A DNA stretch of 64,000 nt from an uncultured Candidatus Saccharibacteria bacterium (GTDB lineage Bacteria; Patescibacteriota; Minisyncoccia; Phycocordibacterales; CAIZLB01): the NCBI GenBank assembly GCA_964607805.1, contig CAZSLF010000002.1, positions 36,269 to 100,268 of the forward strand. Direction: 5' to 3'. The translations under genes and the position numbers were made by a program. Below the pieces are notes generated by a model. It did no database searches, had not been told where the DNA came from, and saw only the letters and a program-made list of their open reading frames with translations. Positions 1 through 10,204 of the stretch are shown piece by piece (position 1 is the stretch's first letter; each line of letters starts with the position of its first letter).

Positions 1-116
1 AGGCATTTTTGGCTATGGCCAACAACCCCACAAACTTTCTCAAGGGACTTATATTTCCGAATATTATAACAGATTAGGTGCATATGTCAATACCAGTAGC
101 CTCGTATATATTAAAC

Positions 117-149
117 AAAACCACTATGACATTTTGCCATAGTGGTTTT
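117..149 (-). terminator. Hairpin (aaaccactatg/catagtggttt) flanked by A/T runs, just downstream of the dnaJ stop; rho-independent terminator candidate
   Basis: Inverted repeat of ~11 bp with a 9-nt loop, seen directly. The T-run lies on the minus strand after the stem. Confidence 0.45.
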
Positions 150-178
150 GTTATTCTGATATGCTGAATTTATCTAAT

Positions 179-1336
179 TTACCTCCCCACCCTCCTCAAC
201 TCTTCAAACAATTTCTTTTCATCTTTTGAAGGTTTCTTTGGGATTTTTACAATAACCTTGAGCATGAGATCTCCTCTTGGAATTGATTTAGCATCTGGGT
301 CACCATCCTTCAAAACAGTATGTGGTACACCCTTGCCTTTAATTCGCAAAACTTCTCCATGATCAATTCCTTCTGGAATCTTGACAGTAAATGTTTCGTC
401 AAGACTTTCAAACTTTGCTTCACCTCCTAGAACTGCATCAGAAATTGTAATTGGAAGATCAGCAAATAGATCATAATTATTTTTTCTGAATTTTGACCCT
501 ACTGGATCCTTCTTCACATGAATTCGGATAAAGAGGTCGCCGTTTTCACCTCCAACAATTGATTCGCCTGAACCTCGGACGCGGAGAGTCTCGCCATTTT
601 CAATACCTGATGGAATAATAACCTGAAGATTCTCCTTTTTCTGCTCTACACCTTTTCCTTTACAGACCTTACACTTTGTTTTTGGAACTTTTCCTGTACC
701 TTCGCAATTATCACATTCAACCCTATTCTCAATTGTGCCAAGAATAGTCCGTTGATGTTTAATAATATGTCCTGTACCACTACAAGTGCCACAAGTGTTT
801 AGATCAGTTCCAGGTTCTGCACGATTTCCTTTACAATGTGAACAAGTGCTTTGTTTTGTTAGATGAATATCTTTGTGAAGTCCGAATATTGATTCCTTAA
901 ATGAAATCTCTACATCTACTTGTATATCAGCGCCGCGTTTCTTGCGATTTCTGCTGCCTCTTCCGCCACCGCCGAACATACCGCCAAAAATATCACCAAG
1001 ATCGAATTCAAAACCTTGACCATTTGCTCCTTGATTTCCAAATCCGAAACCACTGAAATCAAAACCTTCGAATCCTTGGCCTCCACCGAAACCGCCGAAG
1101 CCTTGGCCTTGTCCACCGCCAAATCCAGGACCAGCACTTCCGAATTGATCGTACTGTGCTCGCTTTTTTTCATCGGACAAAACAGAATATGCTTCACTCG
1201 CTTCTTTGAACTTAGCAGAATCGCCACCCTGTTTATCTGGATGATGTTGGTGCGCAAGCTTTCGGAAAGCTTTTTTAACTTCGTCTTGCGATGCACTCTT
1301 ATCAACTCCAAGAATTTTGTAATAGTCTTTGCTCAT
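179..1336 (-). CDS. dnaJ: Molecular chaperone DnaJ (Hsp40)
   Basis: N-terminal J domain with HPD motif (HHPDK), Gly/Phe-rich linker, four CxxCxGxG zinc-finger repeats and a C-terminal substrate domain. Lies immediately downstream of dnaK. Confidence 0.95.
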   Translation of the reverse strand: MSKDYYKILGVDKSASQDEVKKAFRKLAHQHHPDKQGGDSAKFKEASEAYSVLSDEKKRAQYDQFGSAGPGFGGGQGQGFGGFGGGQGFEGFDFSGFGFGNQGANGQGFEFDLGDIFGGMFGGGGRGSRNRKKRGADIQVDVEISFKESIFGLHKDIHLTKQSTCSHCKGNRAEPGTDLNTCGTCSGTGHIIKHQRTILGTIENRVECDNCEGTGKVPKTKCKVCKGKGVEQKKENLQVIIPSGIENGETLRVRGSGESIVGGENGDLFIRIHVKKDPVGSKFRKNNYDLFADLPITISDAVLGGEAKFESLDETFTVKIPEGIDHGEVLRIKGKGVPHTVLKDGDPDAKSIPRGDLMLKVIVKIPKKPSKDEKKLFEELRRVGR

Positions 1337-1359
1337 GTAGGATTTTGATAATGAGTAGA

Positions 1360-3306
1360 CTATTTAGTCTCAGCGTCACGAACCGGTCCTTCGGCCCCAG
1401 GGTTTTCACCTGTTGATCCTGTCGCGCCCGCACCCGCTGATGCGTCGCCAGCAGGCTGACCTTCAGGAGTTGCTCCTGAACCCTGCGCCGCCTGAGCCGC
1501 TTTCATAACAGCTTCACCGAATTTCATTAGTTCAGCTGAAGCTTCTTCTGTTGCTTTTTTAAGAGCGGACATATCAGTACTTTCTTTTGCAGTTTTAAGT
1601 GCAGCTAATTTTGCTTCAAGACCTGAAATAATTTCAGCGCCAGTTGAGGCAATCTTTTCTCTGTGCTCCTTCAATTCTTTTTCAGAAGAATATAGAACAT
1701 GATCAGCAGTATTTCGGATTTCAACTTCTTCTTTCTTGGCTTTGTCTGTTGCTTCGTTTGCTTCGGCATCTTTTTGCATTCGCTCTATATCAGCATCAGT
1801 TAAACCAGAACTTGCTTCAATACGAATTGATTGTTCTTTGTTTGTAGATTTATCTTTTGCTTTTACGTTTAGGATTCCGTTTGCATCTACATCGAAAGAT
1901 ACTTCTACTTGAGGCATGCCACGTGGAGCTGGTGGAATACCGTCGAGGATAAAGCGACCAAGAGATTTGTTGTCGCTGGCCATTGCTCTTTCTCCTTGGA
2001 CAATATGAATTTCTACTGAAGTCTGACTATCAGCTGCAGTTGAAAATACTTGTGATTTAGAAGTAGGAATAGTTGTATTCTTTTCAATCAATTTTGTCGC
2101 GACTCCACCCATTGTCTCAATTCCTAAAGATAATGGAATAACATCGAGAAGAAGAATATCTTTTACATCTCCTGCGATAATTCCTCCTTGAATTGCAGCA
2201 CCAAGTGCTACTACTTCGTCAGGGTTAATTGACTTGTTAGGCTCCTTTCCGAAAAATGCCTTAACACGATCATGAATCATAGGCATACGAGTTTGACCTC
2301 CTACCATGATAATTTCGTGGATATCAGCAACCTTGAAAGGTGAAGCTTCAATTGCTCGCTTCATGATTTGCATTGCTCGCTCTACGAATTCATCTGCAAG
2401 TTCCTCAAGCTTTGCTCGAGTTATTTTCATAACAAGATGCTTTGGTCCGTTTTGGTCTGAAGTGATAAATGGAATATTGATTTCACTTTCAGTCGCAGTC
2501 GAAAGTTCGATTTTAGCTTTTTCAGCCGCTTCATCTAGTCGCTGCATGGCCAAAGGATCGTTTCGAACATCGATACCAGTATCTTTTTTGTATTCATCTG
2601 CAATCCAATTCAAAACTTTGTAGTCGATATCACGACCTCCTAGTCGATGATCACCGTCTGTAGATTTAACTTCTACGACTTCATCGCCTACTTCAAGAAC
2701 TGAGATATCAAATGTTCCTCCTCCGAAGTCAAACACCGCAATCTTTTCATCTTTTTTCTTGTTGAATCCATATGCGAGTGCGGCTGCTGTTGGTTCATTT
2801 ATAATTCTCTTAACATCTAGACCTGCAATCTTTCCAGCGTCCTTAGTTGCTTGTCTCTGAGAGTCGTTGAAATATGCGGGTACTGTAATAATTGCCTCAG
2901 TGATTTTCTCACCAAGCTTTGCTTCTGCATCATTCTTCATCTTTGTTAGAATCATTGCAGATAATTCTTCAGGAGAATATTCTTTGTCTCCCAGTTTGAT
3001 CGTTACACCACCGTTTCCGGCTTTTGCAACTTCATATGGAACTGTTTTCTTGTCGTCCTGAACACCTTGCTCGTCAAAACTGTGACCTATAAATCGCTTA
3101 ATACCATAAACAGTATTTTTTGGATTAGTCACTGCTTGTCGCTTTGCAAGTAGACCTACAAGTCTTTCATTAGTCTTTGAAAGCGCTACGATTGAAGGAG
3201 TAGTTCGTGCCCCTTCCGCGTTTTCTAATATTTTTGGATCTCCAGCCTCCATAACAGCTACTGCTGAGTTTGTAGTACCGAGATCGATACCAATTATTTT
3301 TGCCAT
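1360..3306 (-). CDS. dnaK: Molecular chaperone DnaK (Hsp70)
   Basis: IDLGTTNS start, DLGGGTFD motif and full Hsp70 length (648 aa). Canonical grpE-dnaK-dnaJ context. Confidence 0.97.
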   Translation of the reverse strand: MAKIIGIDLGTTNSAVAVMEAGDPKILENAEGARTTPSIVALSKTNERLVGLLAKRQAVTNPKNTVYGIKRFIGHSFDEQGVQDDKKTVPYEVAKAGNGGVTIKLGDKEYSPEELSAMILTKMKNDAEAKLGEKITEAIITVPAYFNDSQRQATKDAGKIAGLDVKRIINEPTAAALAYGFNKKKDEKIAVFDFGGGTFDISVLEVGDEVVEVKSTDGDHRLGGRDIDYKVLNWIADEYKKDTGIDVRNDPLAMQRLDEAAEKAKIELSTATESEINIPFITSDQNGPKHLVMKITRAKLEELADEFVERAMQIMKRAIEASPFKVADIHEIIMVGGQTRMPMIHDRVKAFFGKEPNKSINPDEVVALGAAIQGGIIAGDVKDILLLDVIPLSLGIETMGGVATKLIEKNTTIPTSKSQVFSTAADSQTSVEIHIVQGERAMASDNKSLGRFILDGIPPAPRGMPQVEVSFDVDANGILNVKAKDKSTNKEQSIRIEASSGLTDADIERMQKDAEANEATDKAKKEEVEIRNTADHVLYSSEKELKEHREKIASTGAEIISGLEAKLAALKTAKESTDMSALKKATEEASAELMKFGEAVMKAAQAAQGSGATPEGQPAGDASAGAGATGSTGENPGAEGPVRDAETK

Positions 3307-3436
3307 AATTTTATTTTTGTTTAGTTAATTTTTAGATAATGTCGAGACGTGGCTCGAAATCGCTCATATCTAATATCTCAACTTATTCGCGAAAAATTCT
3401 AGTTATTCCCGCGATATTTTGAGTGATATGAAAAAA

Positions 3437-3856
3437 CTAAGCAAAGGTTGGCGCACGTGGTTTAGAGCCTATATTGAAAATATCTGTAGAGTTTGGTTCC
3501 TCGAAATCATTTTGAGGTGTTACAGATGCAATTACTTCTGGTTGAGTAAGTGTTGTTGGTTGAGGTGCAATTAATGCAAGGATTTGTGAGTCTAGTGTTT
3601 GTGATGCTGAATCTGCGGCAGAATTAACGCCGCCGACTGCACCCGCAACAGAATTAGTGCCAGCTCCGAGTCGAATTGTCTGAGCACTTTGGGCCATTCC
3701 CACTTTTTGAACTTTGAGAATCTTTGGATTAACTGTGCCGTTTGGACCTTGTGCCAAAAATACGACAATAACGTAAAGCGCCAAACCGATTTGGACGAAA
3801 AGGACTGAAACGGGGCCGTATTGTTTACGTTCAATAATCATAATATCATCTCTCAA
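3437..3856 (-). CDS. Hypothetical small membrane-anchored protein inserted between grpE and dnaK
   Basis: 139-aa ORF with one N-terminal TM helix followed by a low-complexity Ala/Gly/Ser-rich segment. Same strand, in-operon position. Confidence 0.5.
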   Translation of the reverse strand: MRDDIMIIERKQYGPVSVLFVQIGLALYVIVVFLAQGPNGTVNPKILKVQKVGMAQSAQTIRLGAGTNSVAGAVGGVNSAADSASQTLDSQILALIAPQPTTLTQPEVIASVTPQNDFEEPNSTDIFNIGSKPRAPTFA

Positions 3857-3869
3857 TCTTCGTTAACTT

Positions 3870-3898
3870 TATATAATGAATTATAGCATGCCTGTCAA
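3870..3898 (-). promoter_or_regulatory. Sigma-70-like promoter candidate (TTGACA-17-TATATA) upstream of the 3437..3856 gene and dnaK
   Basis: On the minus strand: ttgaca ggcatgctataattcat tatata. No CIRCE-like inverted repeat was seen nearby. Confidence 0.35.
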
Positions 3899-3931
3899 GG
3901 TTTTTTATATCCAAAACCTGATTTTTGTGGC

Positions 3932-4624
3932 CTAATTTACCTGAAACACTTTTACAAAAGCAGGACGAATCACTTTTCCATGAATTGAATATCCTTTCTG
4001 CAGAATTTCACCAAGTGTATGATCTTTTTCTGCTTCAGTTGTCTCAATATTTCCGATTGCTTGGTGCTTTGCCGGATCAAAGGCATCGCCAATATCTCCA
4101 AACTCCTCAATTCCCTGCTTCTTTAATACAGATTTGAATTGATTATGGATCATAATCACTCCGTCGTTTTGTCCTTCATGTTTAAGTGCCGCCTCGAAGC
4201 TATCAATTATTGGAAGGAGTTCCTCTACAAAACCTGCTGCTGCAAATTTCATAAAATCTGCTTTTGATTCCTCGTCACGCTTGCGGGCATTTATGAATTC
4301 AGCTTTGTCTCGCTGCCAGCCGTCTAGATATTGTTGTTTTTCTGCTTTAAGCTTTTCAATCTCAGACTTTAGTTTTGTGATCTTTGTCTGAGCGTCTCGG
4401 GATGTGTTTTCTTTGGCAACATCGTCCATTTCAAAAGAAATATCCTCCTCTTCCTCTTCGGTGTAGGGGCTTTCGATTGATTCAGATTCGGGTGTTGAAG
4501 TTTCGCTTAGGTTTTCCTCCTCCTGAGGGTCTTGAGAATGGTTTTTTAGTGTATCGTCTGTCATAGGTGGGTGTATTTTAAGGATTTTGTGGTCGGTTGG
4601 CAAGGCCTGCAGGGATACATCCAT
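3932..4624 (-). CDS. grpE: Nucleotide exchange factor GrpE
   Basis: Acidic N-terminus, coiled-coil (KLKSEIEKLKAEKQQY), and a C-terminal GrpE core (…NQFKSVLKKQGIEEFGDIGDAFDPAKHQAIG…). Start may be the internal Met near 4564. Confidence 0.85.
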   Translation of the reverse strand: MDVSLQALPTDHKILKIHPPMTDDTLKNHSQDPQEEENLSETSTPESESIESPYTEEEEEDISFEMDDVAKENTSRDAQTKITKLKSEIEKLKAEKQQYLDGWQRDKAEFINARKRDEESKADFMKFAAAGFVEELLPIIDSFEAALKHEGQNDGVIMIHNQFKSVLKKQGIEEFGDIGDAFDPAKHQAIGNIETTEAEKDHTLGEILQKGYSIHGKVIRPAFVKVFQVN

Positions 4625-4634
4625 TTTCTAATAC

Positions 4635-5339
4635 TTAATCCTCTAGATCTATTAAATATGTCCTAACATCTCCTACGGATTCGTTGATATTACATATCGT
4701 TTTAATTTCAGTGCCAGGAATCACTTTTATAAAAGCATCATCCTTCCATTGTGAAGTTTGATCAATTTCAAAGCTACCATATACATGAGGTATTCCGTGA
4801 ATGAAAAAGAATACTCTACCTTTCCATGACTGATCTGGATTATATGGTAATAAAGGGTTACTCCCAGGTGCGTTTGTTCTAGATTGATTATCTAGATGGA
4901 TAATGCCCTTTTTATAATCATCATTTGATTTTGTTGTGTCTATAATACACTCGTTCACTCTATACTTACCCACCAGAAATGCCGCACTAATGATCATTAT
5001 TAATAAAAATAAAATTGAAAAGAAACGCTTTTGAATACCTATTTTTTCAAAAATATGTGAAATAAATTTATATGTATAAAACCAAATATAAGGAATTAAC
5101 AAAAGTACTATTCCGATAGTAATAGGGTTTGGAATTCCAAAATTATCTATACCACCCCCTTTCCCTCCTCCAATGAATAAGAATTCTTCAGGCAATAAAC
5201 CAAAAAGGAAAAAAATTACTGAAAATATACCTTGTAAAGTAGGGTTACTAAAGAAATCCGTGTTGCAGAATAAATATAATAATATCAAAGCACCTAACAC
5301 TAGAAATGTGATAGCGCAAAACTTGAGAATTTTTTTCAT
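4635..5339 (-). CDS. Hypothetical polytopic membrane protein
   Basis: 234-aa ORF with several hydrophobic helices, tightly packed upstream of grpE on the same strand. Confidence 0.5.
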   Translation of the reverse strand: MKKILKFCAITFLVLGALILLYLFCNTDFFSNPTLQGIFSVIFFLFGLLPEEFLFIGGGKGGGIDNFGIPNPITIGIVLLLIPYIWFYTYKFISHIFEKIGIQKRFFSILFLLIMIISAAFLVGKYRVNECIIDTTKSNDDYKKGIIHLDNQSRTNAPGSNPLLPYNPDQSWKGRVFFFIHGIPHVYGSFEIDQTSQWKDDAFIKVIPGTEIKTICNINESVGDVRTYLIDLED

Positions 5340-5359
5340 AAAAATATTATATCACTAAT

Positions 5360-6154
5360 TTAATTCTCTTCTTCTTCAACCAAAAAAACAATATTATCGG
5401 ACAGAATCTGCAACATATCGTCATGAACCTGCATATCCTGTGGTTCCTTACCTGTGTCAAACGCCATATAAAAATAATTTTCTACCTGAAAGTCTTTTCC
5501 GCTCATAATCACTTCATATCTAATAAAAGTTACATCATTGCTCAGATTATGTTGGGTTACTTCTCCGACCGCGGCATATTTACCCTTTTTTATAAGCCTA
5601 GGTTTCACTATGTGATTTGCGCTAGTAACATTTTCATTGCGATCCTCGATTAACATCGCCAAAAATGGGTCAGGTCGAATTTCTGTATTGCCATACTGCT
5701 CATTTATTTCATTTTCTGTAAGATTGTCACTTGATTTCATCTCCGAAGCTAGCCCTGGTTTGAATTTTCCAATAAAAAATACATTAAACGAAAATACTTC
5801 ATTCGCGTAACTTGAAGTACTGACTGTAGTTGTTATATACATACCGTCTTCTTCATTGAGAGTGTCAATCATGTCTACTTCTCCTATCAGGGTAAATTTC
5901 AGATCATCTTTTTTGGAAATGAACTGAACTTCATTATCACCTATAACTCTCTGAGTAAAATCAAATTTATATTTCTTATCAAAATAGGTATCCAAATATT
6001 TATCAAAGGAGTCAGGACTGTTAAGTCGAAAAAAGTTCCGCGTGATATCAAGATCTTTTGGGACTCCTTTAAATGAATATGTAAGTAATATGGCTACAAT
6101 TACTAAACCGACAAAGATGATAATAGTTCCTAAAACAATTTGAGTTGCTTTCAT
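5360..6154 (-). CDS. Hypothetical membrane-anchored protein
   Basis: 264-aa ORF with a single N-terminal TM helix and an acidic C-terminus; no recognisable motif. Confidence 0.5.
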   Translation of the reverse strand: MKATQIVLGTIIIFVGLVIVAILLTYSFKGVPKDLDITRNFFRLNSPDSFDKYLDTYFDKKYKFDFTQRVIGDNEVQFISKKDDLKFTLIGEVDMIDTLNEEDGMYITTTVSTSSYANEVFSFNVFFIGKFKPGLASEMKSSDNLTENEINEQYGNTEIRPDPFLAMLIEDRNENVTSANHIVKPRLIKKGKYAAVGEVTQHNLSNDVTFIRYEVIMSGKDFQVENYFYMAFDTGKEPQDMQVHDDMLQILSDNIVFLVEEEEN

Positions 6155-6186
6155 TGGGATTAGTATAGCAAATTAAGTATAAAAAA

Positions 6187-6212
6187 CCGCTCACAACTTG
6201 CGTTGTGAGCGG
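6187..6212 (-). terminator. Hairpin terminator (ccgctcacaac-ttgc-gttgtgagcgg) downstream of the 6239..6811 gene
   Basis: 11-bp perfect stem preceded on the plus strand by an A-run, which is a T-run on the minus strand. Confidence 0.55.
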
Positions 6213-6238
6213 GATCTTCTTACATGATAACCGTGAGG

Positions 6239-6811
6239 TCACATGAAGAATTGTCTGGCGGATAGGATCGCAGCCAGACCGTTGGCAAGCGCGCCGCATG
6301 CAGGAAAGAATGCTTGCGAGATTGTCTTTGGCTTGCCGATGAATTCCAGTATGCAACCTAGGGAGCACGCTGCCCAGAACCACGGGTCTTGACCAGCAGG
6401 ATTGTTCCACTGGTCGACGAATGTCGGCGTCATAGCGATGTACATCGCTATTGTGATCGCCACTACCCCACCATTCCCGGAAGTGAACTTCCAGACTATG
6501 AGGGCAATGATGGTACAGGCAGCAGCAATACTTTCCGTGTTGCCCCAACTCCATTGTCCATAGCCAATCGATAGTTTAACGATGGCTATAAGTGCGACTG
6601 TGCATGCGCCAACTTCAAATCCAAGCATACTCCATGGCCTTTTGTTGCCAGCAGAAATGATTGAGACCAGAAGGCATGTGTCGATGACCACCCACATTGA
6701 CCAAGTGGCCAAGTTAAGTGGGACATTGTGTATCATGAGCTTCGTAGCAAGATACACAAACGCGGCCATGATGATCGCGAAGCCGATTTTCGGCAAATTG
6801 TCACTTTTCAT
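6239..6811 (-). CDS. Hypothetical polytopic membrane protein encoded in a GC-rich (~50%) cassette
   Basis: 190-aa ORF with 5–6 predicted TM helices. GC is visibly higher than the flanking DNA. The cassette is bounded by hairpin terminators on both sides. Confidence 0.6.
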   Translation of the reverse strand: MKSDNLPKIGFAIIMAAFVYLATKLMIHNVPLNLATWSMWVVIDTCLLVSIISAGNKRPWSMLGFEVGACTVALIAIVKLSIGYGQWSWGNTESIAAACTIIALIVWKFTSGNGGVVAITIAMYIAMTPTFVDQWNNPAGQDPWFWAACSLGCILEFIGKPKTISQAFFPACGALANGLAAILSARQFFM

Positions 6812-6865
6812 CAGTAACTAATTTCTCCAGGTTGTTGTTTTAAGGGGTTAGCTAGAGTAGCTAAC

Positions 6866-6886
6866 CTAACTTTTATGCACAATATA
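6866..6886 (-). promoter_or_regulatory. Perfect 9-3-9 palindrome ggttagcta-gag-tagctaacc, about 55 nt upstream of the 6239..6811 start; candidate operator
   Basis: Seen directly. Lies between a TTGACA-17-TACTAT promoter candidate (about 6905..6935, minus strand) and the start codon. Confidence 0.3.
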
Positions 6887-6930
6887 GTAGCACAATTTGC
6901 TACTAATGTCAATATATTAAAATAAAAAAA

Positions 6931-7000
6931 GGCCCCGCAATCTTTGCCATTTAAGGCTACTTACAGCGAGTTTTCATACGCTGCATAGAGATTGCGGGGG
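6931..7000 (-). other. Structured element: long-range stem ccccgcaatct…agattgcgggg enclosing ~45 nt with an inner hairpin, followed on the minus strand by a T-run; terminator or 3' end of a small RNA
   Basis: 11-bp inverted repeat seen directly, with the T-run on the minus strand. Confidence 0.4.
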
Positions 7001-7340
7001 GTTTCTTGGTGACTAAATTTTTTGTAGATTAAGAGACAGGGTCTAATTATCGGTTTGCACCTTTTACCGTGTAGACGTCTGAACCAGGTATATCCTCCCC
7101 AGGTTTAGTTTAGTTTTTTGGCGGACCAGGCTCGTAAAGAGCTTCTTGGTAAGTATAAAAGAGCGGGTCAGGGTTTAATCTCAATACTCCTAATCTTGAT
7201 TTTTCGAATGATTGAGATACGCATTCGTCAAGAGTCCTTAGGATAGTCGTCACACTTGTGGCAACGTGTTAGGGACAGCAATACCATATATGACTTATGG
7301 GTTTGTGTCAATAGCATAAACAAGTATCATATATACAAAG

Positions 7341-7370
7341 AAAAACCCGCCATTTTGACGGGTTTTTCTC
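7341..7370 (-). terminator. Bidirectional hairpin terminator (aacccg-ccattttga-cgggtt) immediately downstream of rpsI
   Basis: Stem flanked by an A-run and a T-run, 15 nt after the rpsI stop. Confidence 0.6.
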
Positions 7371-7385
7371 GATAAATTCTAGAAA

Positions 7386-7796
7386 TTAACGTTTACTCCA
7401 TTGAGGAGCCTTTCGCGCTTTCTTCAGACCGAACTTTCTTCGTTCTTTTGCTCGCTGGTCTCGAGTTAGGAAACCTGCTTTCTTAAGAGTTGTTCTAAGA
7501 GATGCATCGAACTTTTCAAGTGCTCGCGCAACACCGTGTCGGATTGCTTCAGATTGAGAACTTGTACCTGAACCATTTACCTTAACTGTAATATCAAATT
7601 TCTGATCCTTAACAAATTCACTAGATAGAGCCTCAATAGCTTTAGTCTGGAAGTTTTCAGTCTTAAAATACGTTGCTAGTTCTGCATCGTTTATTGTAAT
7701 AGATTGCTTCGTAGAAGGAGTGATTCGAACTCGAGCTGTCGCTGTCTTTCGTCGTCCTACTGCTTCGAAATATTTAGTTTGTGTTGCTGCTGTCAT
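7386..7796 (-). CDS. rpsI: 30S ribosomal protein S9
   Basis: 136 aa with the characteristic basic C-terminus (…RKAPQWSKR). Follows rplM. Confidence 0.95.
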   Translation of the reverse strand: MTAATQTKYFEAVGRRKTATARVRITPSTKQSITINDAELATYFKTENFQTKAIEALSSEFVKDQKFDITVKVNGSGTSSQSEAIRHGVARALEKFDASLRTTLKKAGFLTRDQRAKERRKFGLKKARKAPQWSKR

Positions 7797-7823
7797 ATAT
7801 TTTTAAAAATGGCTTTTAGCTAA

Positions 7824-8171
7824 TTACGCCGTAATAGTTATATTAATAAGCATCTTGGCCTTAAGCTTATTGTCAGGAAGCATGCCTTTAACAGCTCGCT
7901 TCAAAACTTCTTCGTATCCTTTTCGGTCGATAAGCTTATCTAGTGATTCAACTTTCTGACCTCCTGGATATCCAGAGTGTGTCTTATAATATTTATCCTG
8001 CTTCTTTGTTTCGTTCATGTCCATCTTTGAAGCGTTTATAACTTCAACTTGAACATCGGCAACAGTGTTTCGCTCGAAAGTTGGCTTATCTTTACCCATA
8101 AGGACGATAGCTACTTCACTTGCTACTCTTCCTAATTTCTTATTTTGTGCGTCGATTACTTGTTTAGTCAT
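7824..8171 (-). CDS. rplM: 50S ribosomal protein L13
   Basis: 115 aa with typical L13 composition and length. Part of the rplM-rpsI pair. Confidence 0.93.
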   Translation of the reverse strand: MTKQVIDAQNKKLGRVASEVAIVLMGKDKPTFERNTVADVQVEVINASKMDMNETKKQDKYYKTHSGYPGGQKVESLDKLIDRKGYEEVLKRAVKGMLPDNKLKAKMLINITITA

Positions 8172-8180
8172 GGTATTTTA

Positions 8181-8531
8181 TTATACGAGTTCAATTACAG
8201 CCATCTTACTTCCGTCAGACGGTCGTCGGTCTAGTTTGATAACTCTTGTATATCCACCGTTTCGACCAACATACTTTGGAGCAATAGTTCCAACTAGCTT
8301 TGGCACAATTGGATTGTTTCCAAGCTTAGCTGTAACAATACGTCGTGAAGCAAGAGTATTTTCTCGTGCAATTGTGATCAATCCTTCAGCAAATGGTCTT
8401 ACTTCTTTAGCCTTAGCCTCAGTAGTAATAATCTTTCCTTGTAGGAAAAGTTCACGTGCTAAAGACCGTAGGAGAGCTCTCCTTTGATCTGTCTTTCGAC
8501 CGAATTTTCTGTTGGCGTTGTTATGTCTCAT
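8181..8531 (-). CDS. rplQ: 50S ribosomal protein L17
   Basis: 116 aa. N-terminal MRHNNANRKFGRKTDQRRALLRSL is typical of L17. Follows rpoA. Confidence 0.95.
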   Translation of the reverse strand: MRHNNANRKFGRKTDQRRALLRSLARELFLQGKIITTEAKAKEVRPFAEGLITIARENTLASRRIVTAKLGNNPIVPKLVGTIAPKYVGRNGGYTRVIKLDRRPSDGSKMAVIELV

Positions 8532-8570
8532 GGTGGTATTAATCTGGTTTTTCTTGGATGACCTATAGTA

Positions 8571-9542
8571 CTATGCCTTGAGCGACAAGCCAAGTGTTTC
8601 TAAAATCGACTTAATTTCATCTACTCCTTTAGAGCCAAGACCTGCGATCTCTAAGATATCTTCCTCCTTCTTTCGAATTAGGCCTCCTACAGTCCGAATA
8701 TTGGCGTTTACGAGAGCATTTGCAGTTCTCTGAGACATATCAATAGATTCGATTCGAGTCTTTAGAACGTCATCTAGGGCCTCTTTATCAGCATGGTTTT
8801 CAGCCAAAGCCTCTGGTGAGATATCTGACTTTGTTGAAATAATTTCCTCTTCTTTGAAGCCAATAATAGCTTTAAGCTGAGTAATCATAATTTCAATAGA
8901 CTTCTCAAGAGCTTCCTTTGGAGAAATAGTACCGTCAGTTTGAATTGTAAGCTTTAGCTTATTGAAATCTGTTCGGTCACCTACTCGCATCTGCTCTACA
9001 TCGTAGTTAGCTTGAAGAATTGGAGAGAAAGTAGCGTCTAGACTAATTGCTCCAATATCAACTCGATCCTTGTGAATAAGTTCCTTAGCTAAGAAACCAA
9101 TACCTTTTTCGATAGTGATTTCCATCTCGATTTCTGTAGATGCTTCTGTAATTGTAAACAAAACTTGATCAGGATTCGTAACTGAAACCTGGCCAGGAAG
9201 TTTGATATCTCCAGCTGTTACAGTTTTTGTACCCTTAATCTTAAGAGTTGCATTTTGGTTTTCATCACTAGAAACGATAAATCGAACTTTCTTAAGGTTT
9301 AAAAGAATAGTTAGGACGTCTTCCTTTACTCCGTTGATAGTTGTGAATTCATGACCTACACCTTCAATCTTTACATGAGTAATAGCAGCTCCAGGTAGAG
9401 ATGAAAGGATAATTCGTCTAAGAGAGTTTCCTAGAGTGTGGCCATATCCAGGATACAAACCGTCGATCTCAAAAGATCCAAGAGTTGGCGTCTCCTTAAT
9501 AATTTTTGGCTTTGATGGCAATAGAATTGATGTTTCAGACAT
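8571..9542 (-). CDS. rpoA: DNA-directed RNA polymerase subunit alpha
   Basis: 323 aa with an N-terminal dimerisation domain and a C-terminal CTD. Canonical position between rpsD and rplQ. Confidence 0.95.
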   Translation of the reverse strand: MSETSILLPSKPKIIKETPTLGSFEIDGLYPGYGHTLGNSLRRIILSSLPGAAITHVKIEGVGHEFTTINGVKEDVLTILLNLKKVRFIVSSDENQNATLKIKGTKTVTAGDIKLPGQVSVTNPDQVLFTITEASTEIEMEITIEKGIGFLAKELIHKDRVDIGAISLDATFSPILQANYDVEQMRVGDRTDFNKLKLTIQTDGTISPKEALEKSIEIMITQLKAIIGFKEEEIISTKSDISPEALAENHADKEALDDVLKTRIESIDMSQRTANALVNANIRTVGGLIRKKEEDILEIAGLGSKGVDEIKSILETLGLSLKA

Positions 9543-9560
9543 AGAGAGTAAATTAATTGA

Positions 9561-10169
9561 TTATCGTTTATAAAATTCTAATACTGCACCTAAATCAAAC
9601 AGCAAGTCCTGTCCTTCTAGAGTTGGCAACCGTAATAGCGATCCTGTCTTTCGTTCTTCGTTCCATGTGACCCAAACCGGAGTAGCAGCTTCCTTAACTT
9701 TCTGATCAACAACATCGAAGATTTTATTCGATGCACTTCCTTTCCGAATTCCAATCTGATCTCCTGGCTTCACCATGAAAGATGGAATAGTAACTTTTCG
9801 GCCATTTACAGTAATATGACCATGCGCAACAACTTGTCGTGCAAATCGTCGAGTATTGACCAGACCTAGTCTCCATACAAGGTTATCTAGTCTAGTTTCT
9901 AGTCTTTCAAATAGCTTAAGAGTAGGCTGATGAGTCTTACTTTCAATTACTTCGTTTACATATCTACTGAACTGTTTTTCAGAAATACCGTACATAAATC
10001 GTACTTTCTGCTTTTCTAGAAGCTGCTTAGCGAATTCACTTTTAGGACCTCCTCGCTTTCCTCCACTTCTAGCTTCACCAATTCGAGCCTTAAACTTTGC
10101 AGTTTGAGTCTTTTCGAAGATAGGAGCTCCGAGTCGTCTTGCTATTTTATATTTTGGACCAATTTTCAT
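9561..10169 (-). CDS. rpsD: 30S ribosomal protein S4
   Basis: 202 aa with the S4 domain (…RLDNLVWRLGLVNTRRFARQVVAHGHITVNGRKV…). Confidence 0.95.
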   Translation of the reverse strand: MKIGPKYKIARRLGAPIFEKTQTAKFKARIGEARSGGKRGGPKSEFAKQLLEKQKVRFMYGISEKQFSRYVNEVIESKTHQPTLKLFERLETRLDNLVWRLGLVNTRRFARQVVAHGHITVNGRKVTIPSFMVKPGDQIGIRKGSASNKIFDVVDQKVKEAATPVWVTWNEERKTGSLLRLPTLEGQDLLFDLGAVLEFYKR

Positions 10170-10204
10170 AATAGTATTTTAAATATTTAGGTAATGGGTA
10201 AGCA

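Noticed and set aside
1644-3061. ORFs 1644..1847 (+), 2306..2623 (+), 2867..3061 (+) and 916..1348 (+/-) inside dnaK and dnaJ
   Set aside because: They are antisense to, or out of frame within, unmistakable DnaK and DnaJ coding sequence. The translations are low-complexity.
3307-3436. Looked for a CIRCE (TTAGCACTC-N9-GAGTGCTAA) heat-shock operator upstream of dnaK and grpE
   Set aside because: Only an unrelated 5-bp inverted repeat (tcgag…ctcga) is present. No CIRCE-like sequence was seen, so HrcA control is not supported here.
6069-6554. 161-aa minus-strand ORF overlapping the 6239..6811 membrane-protein gene
   Set aside because: It is an out-of-frame overlap in GC-rich DNA with a Cys/His-rich nonsense-like translation. 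The 6239..6811 frame is flanked by terminators and a promoter.
7013-7342. Possible SRP RNA, tmRNA or RNase P RNA in the 330-nt gap
   Set aside because: No GGAAGCAGCC-type SRP motif, no tRNA-like 3' end with GGTTCGA(A/T)TCC…CCA, and no AGGAAAGTCCGGGCTCC RNase P motif could be found by eye. The gap is kept only as an unclassified candidate.
8065-8487. 140-aa plus-strand ORF antisense to rplQ and rplM
   Set aside because: It is antisense to two conserved ribosomal protein genes.
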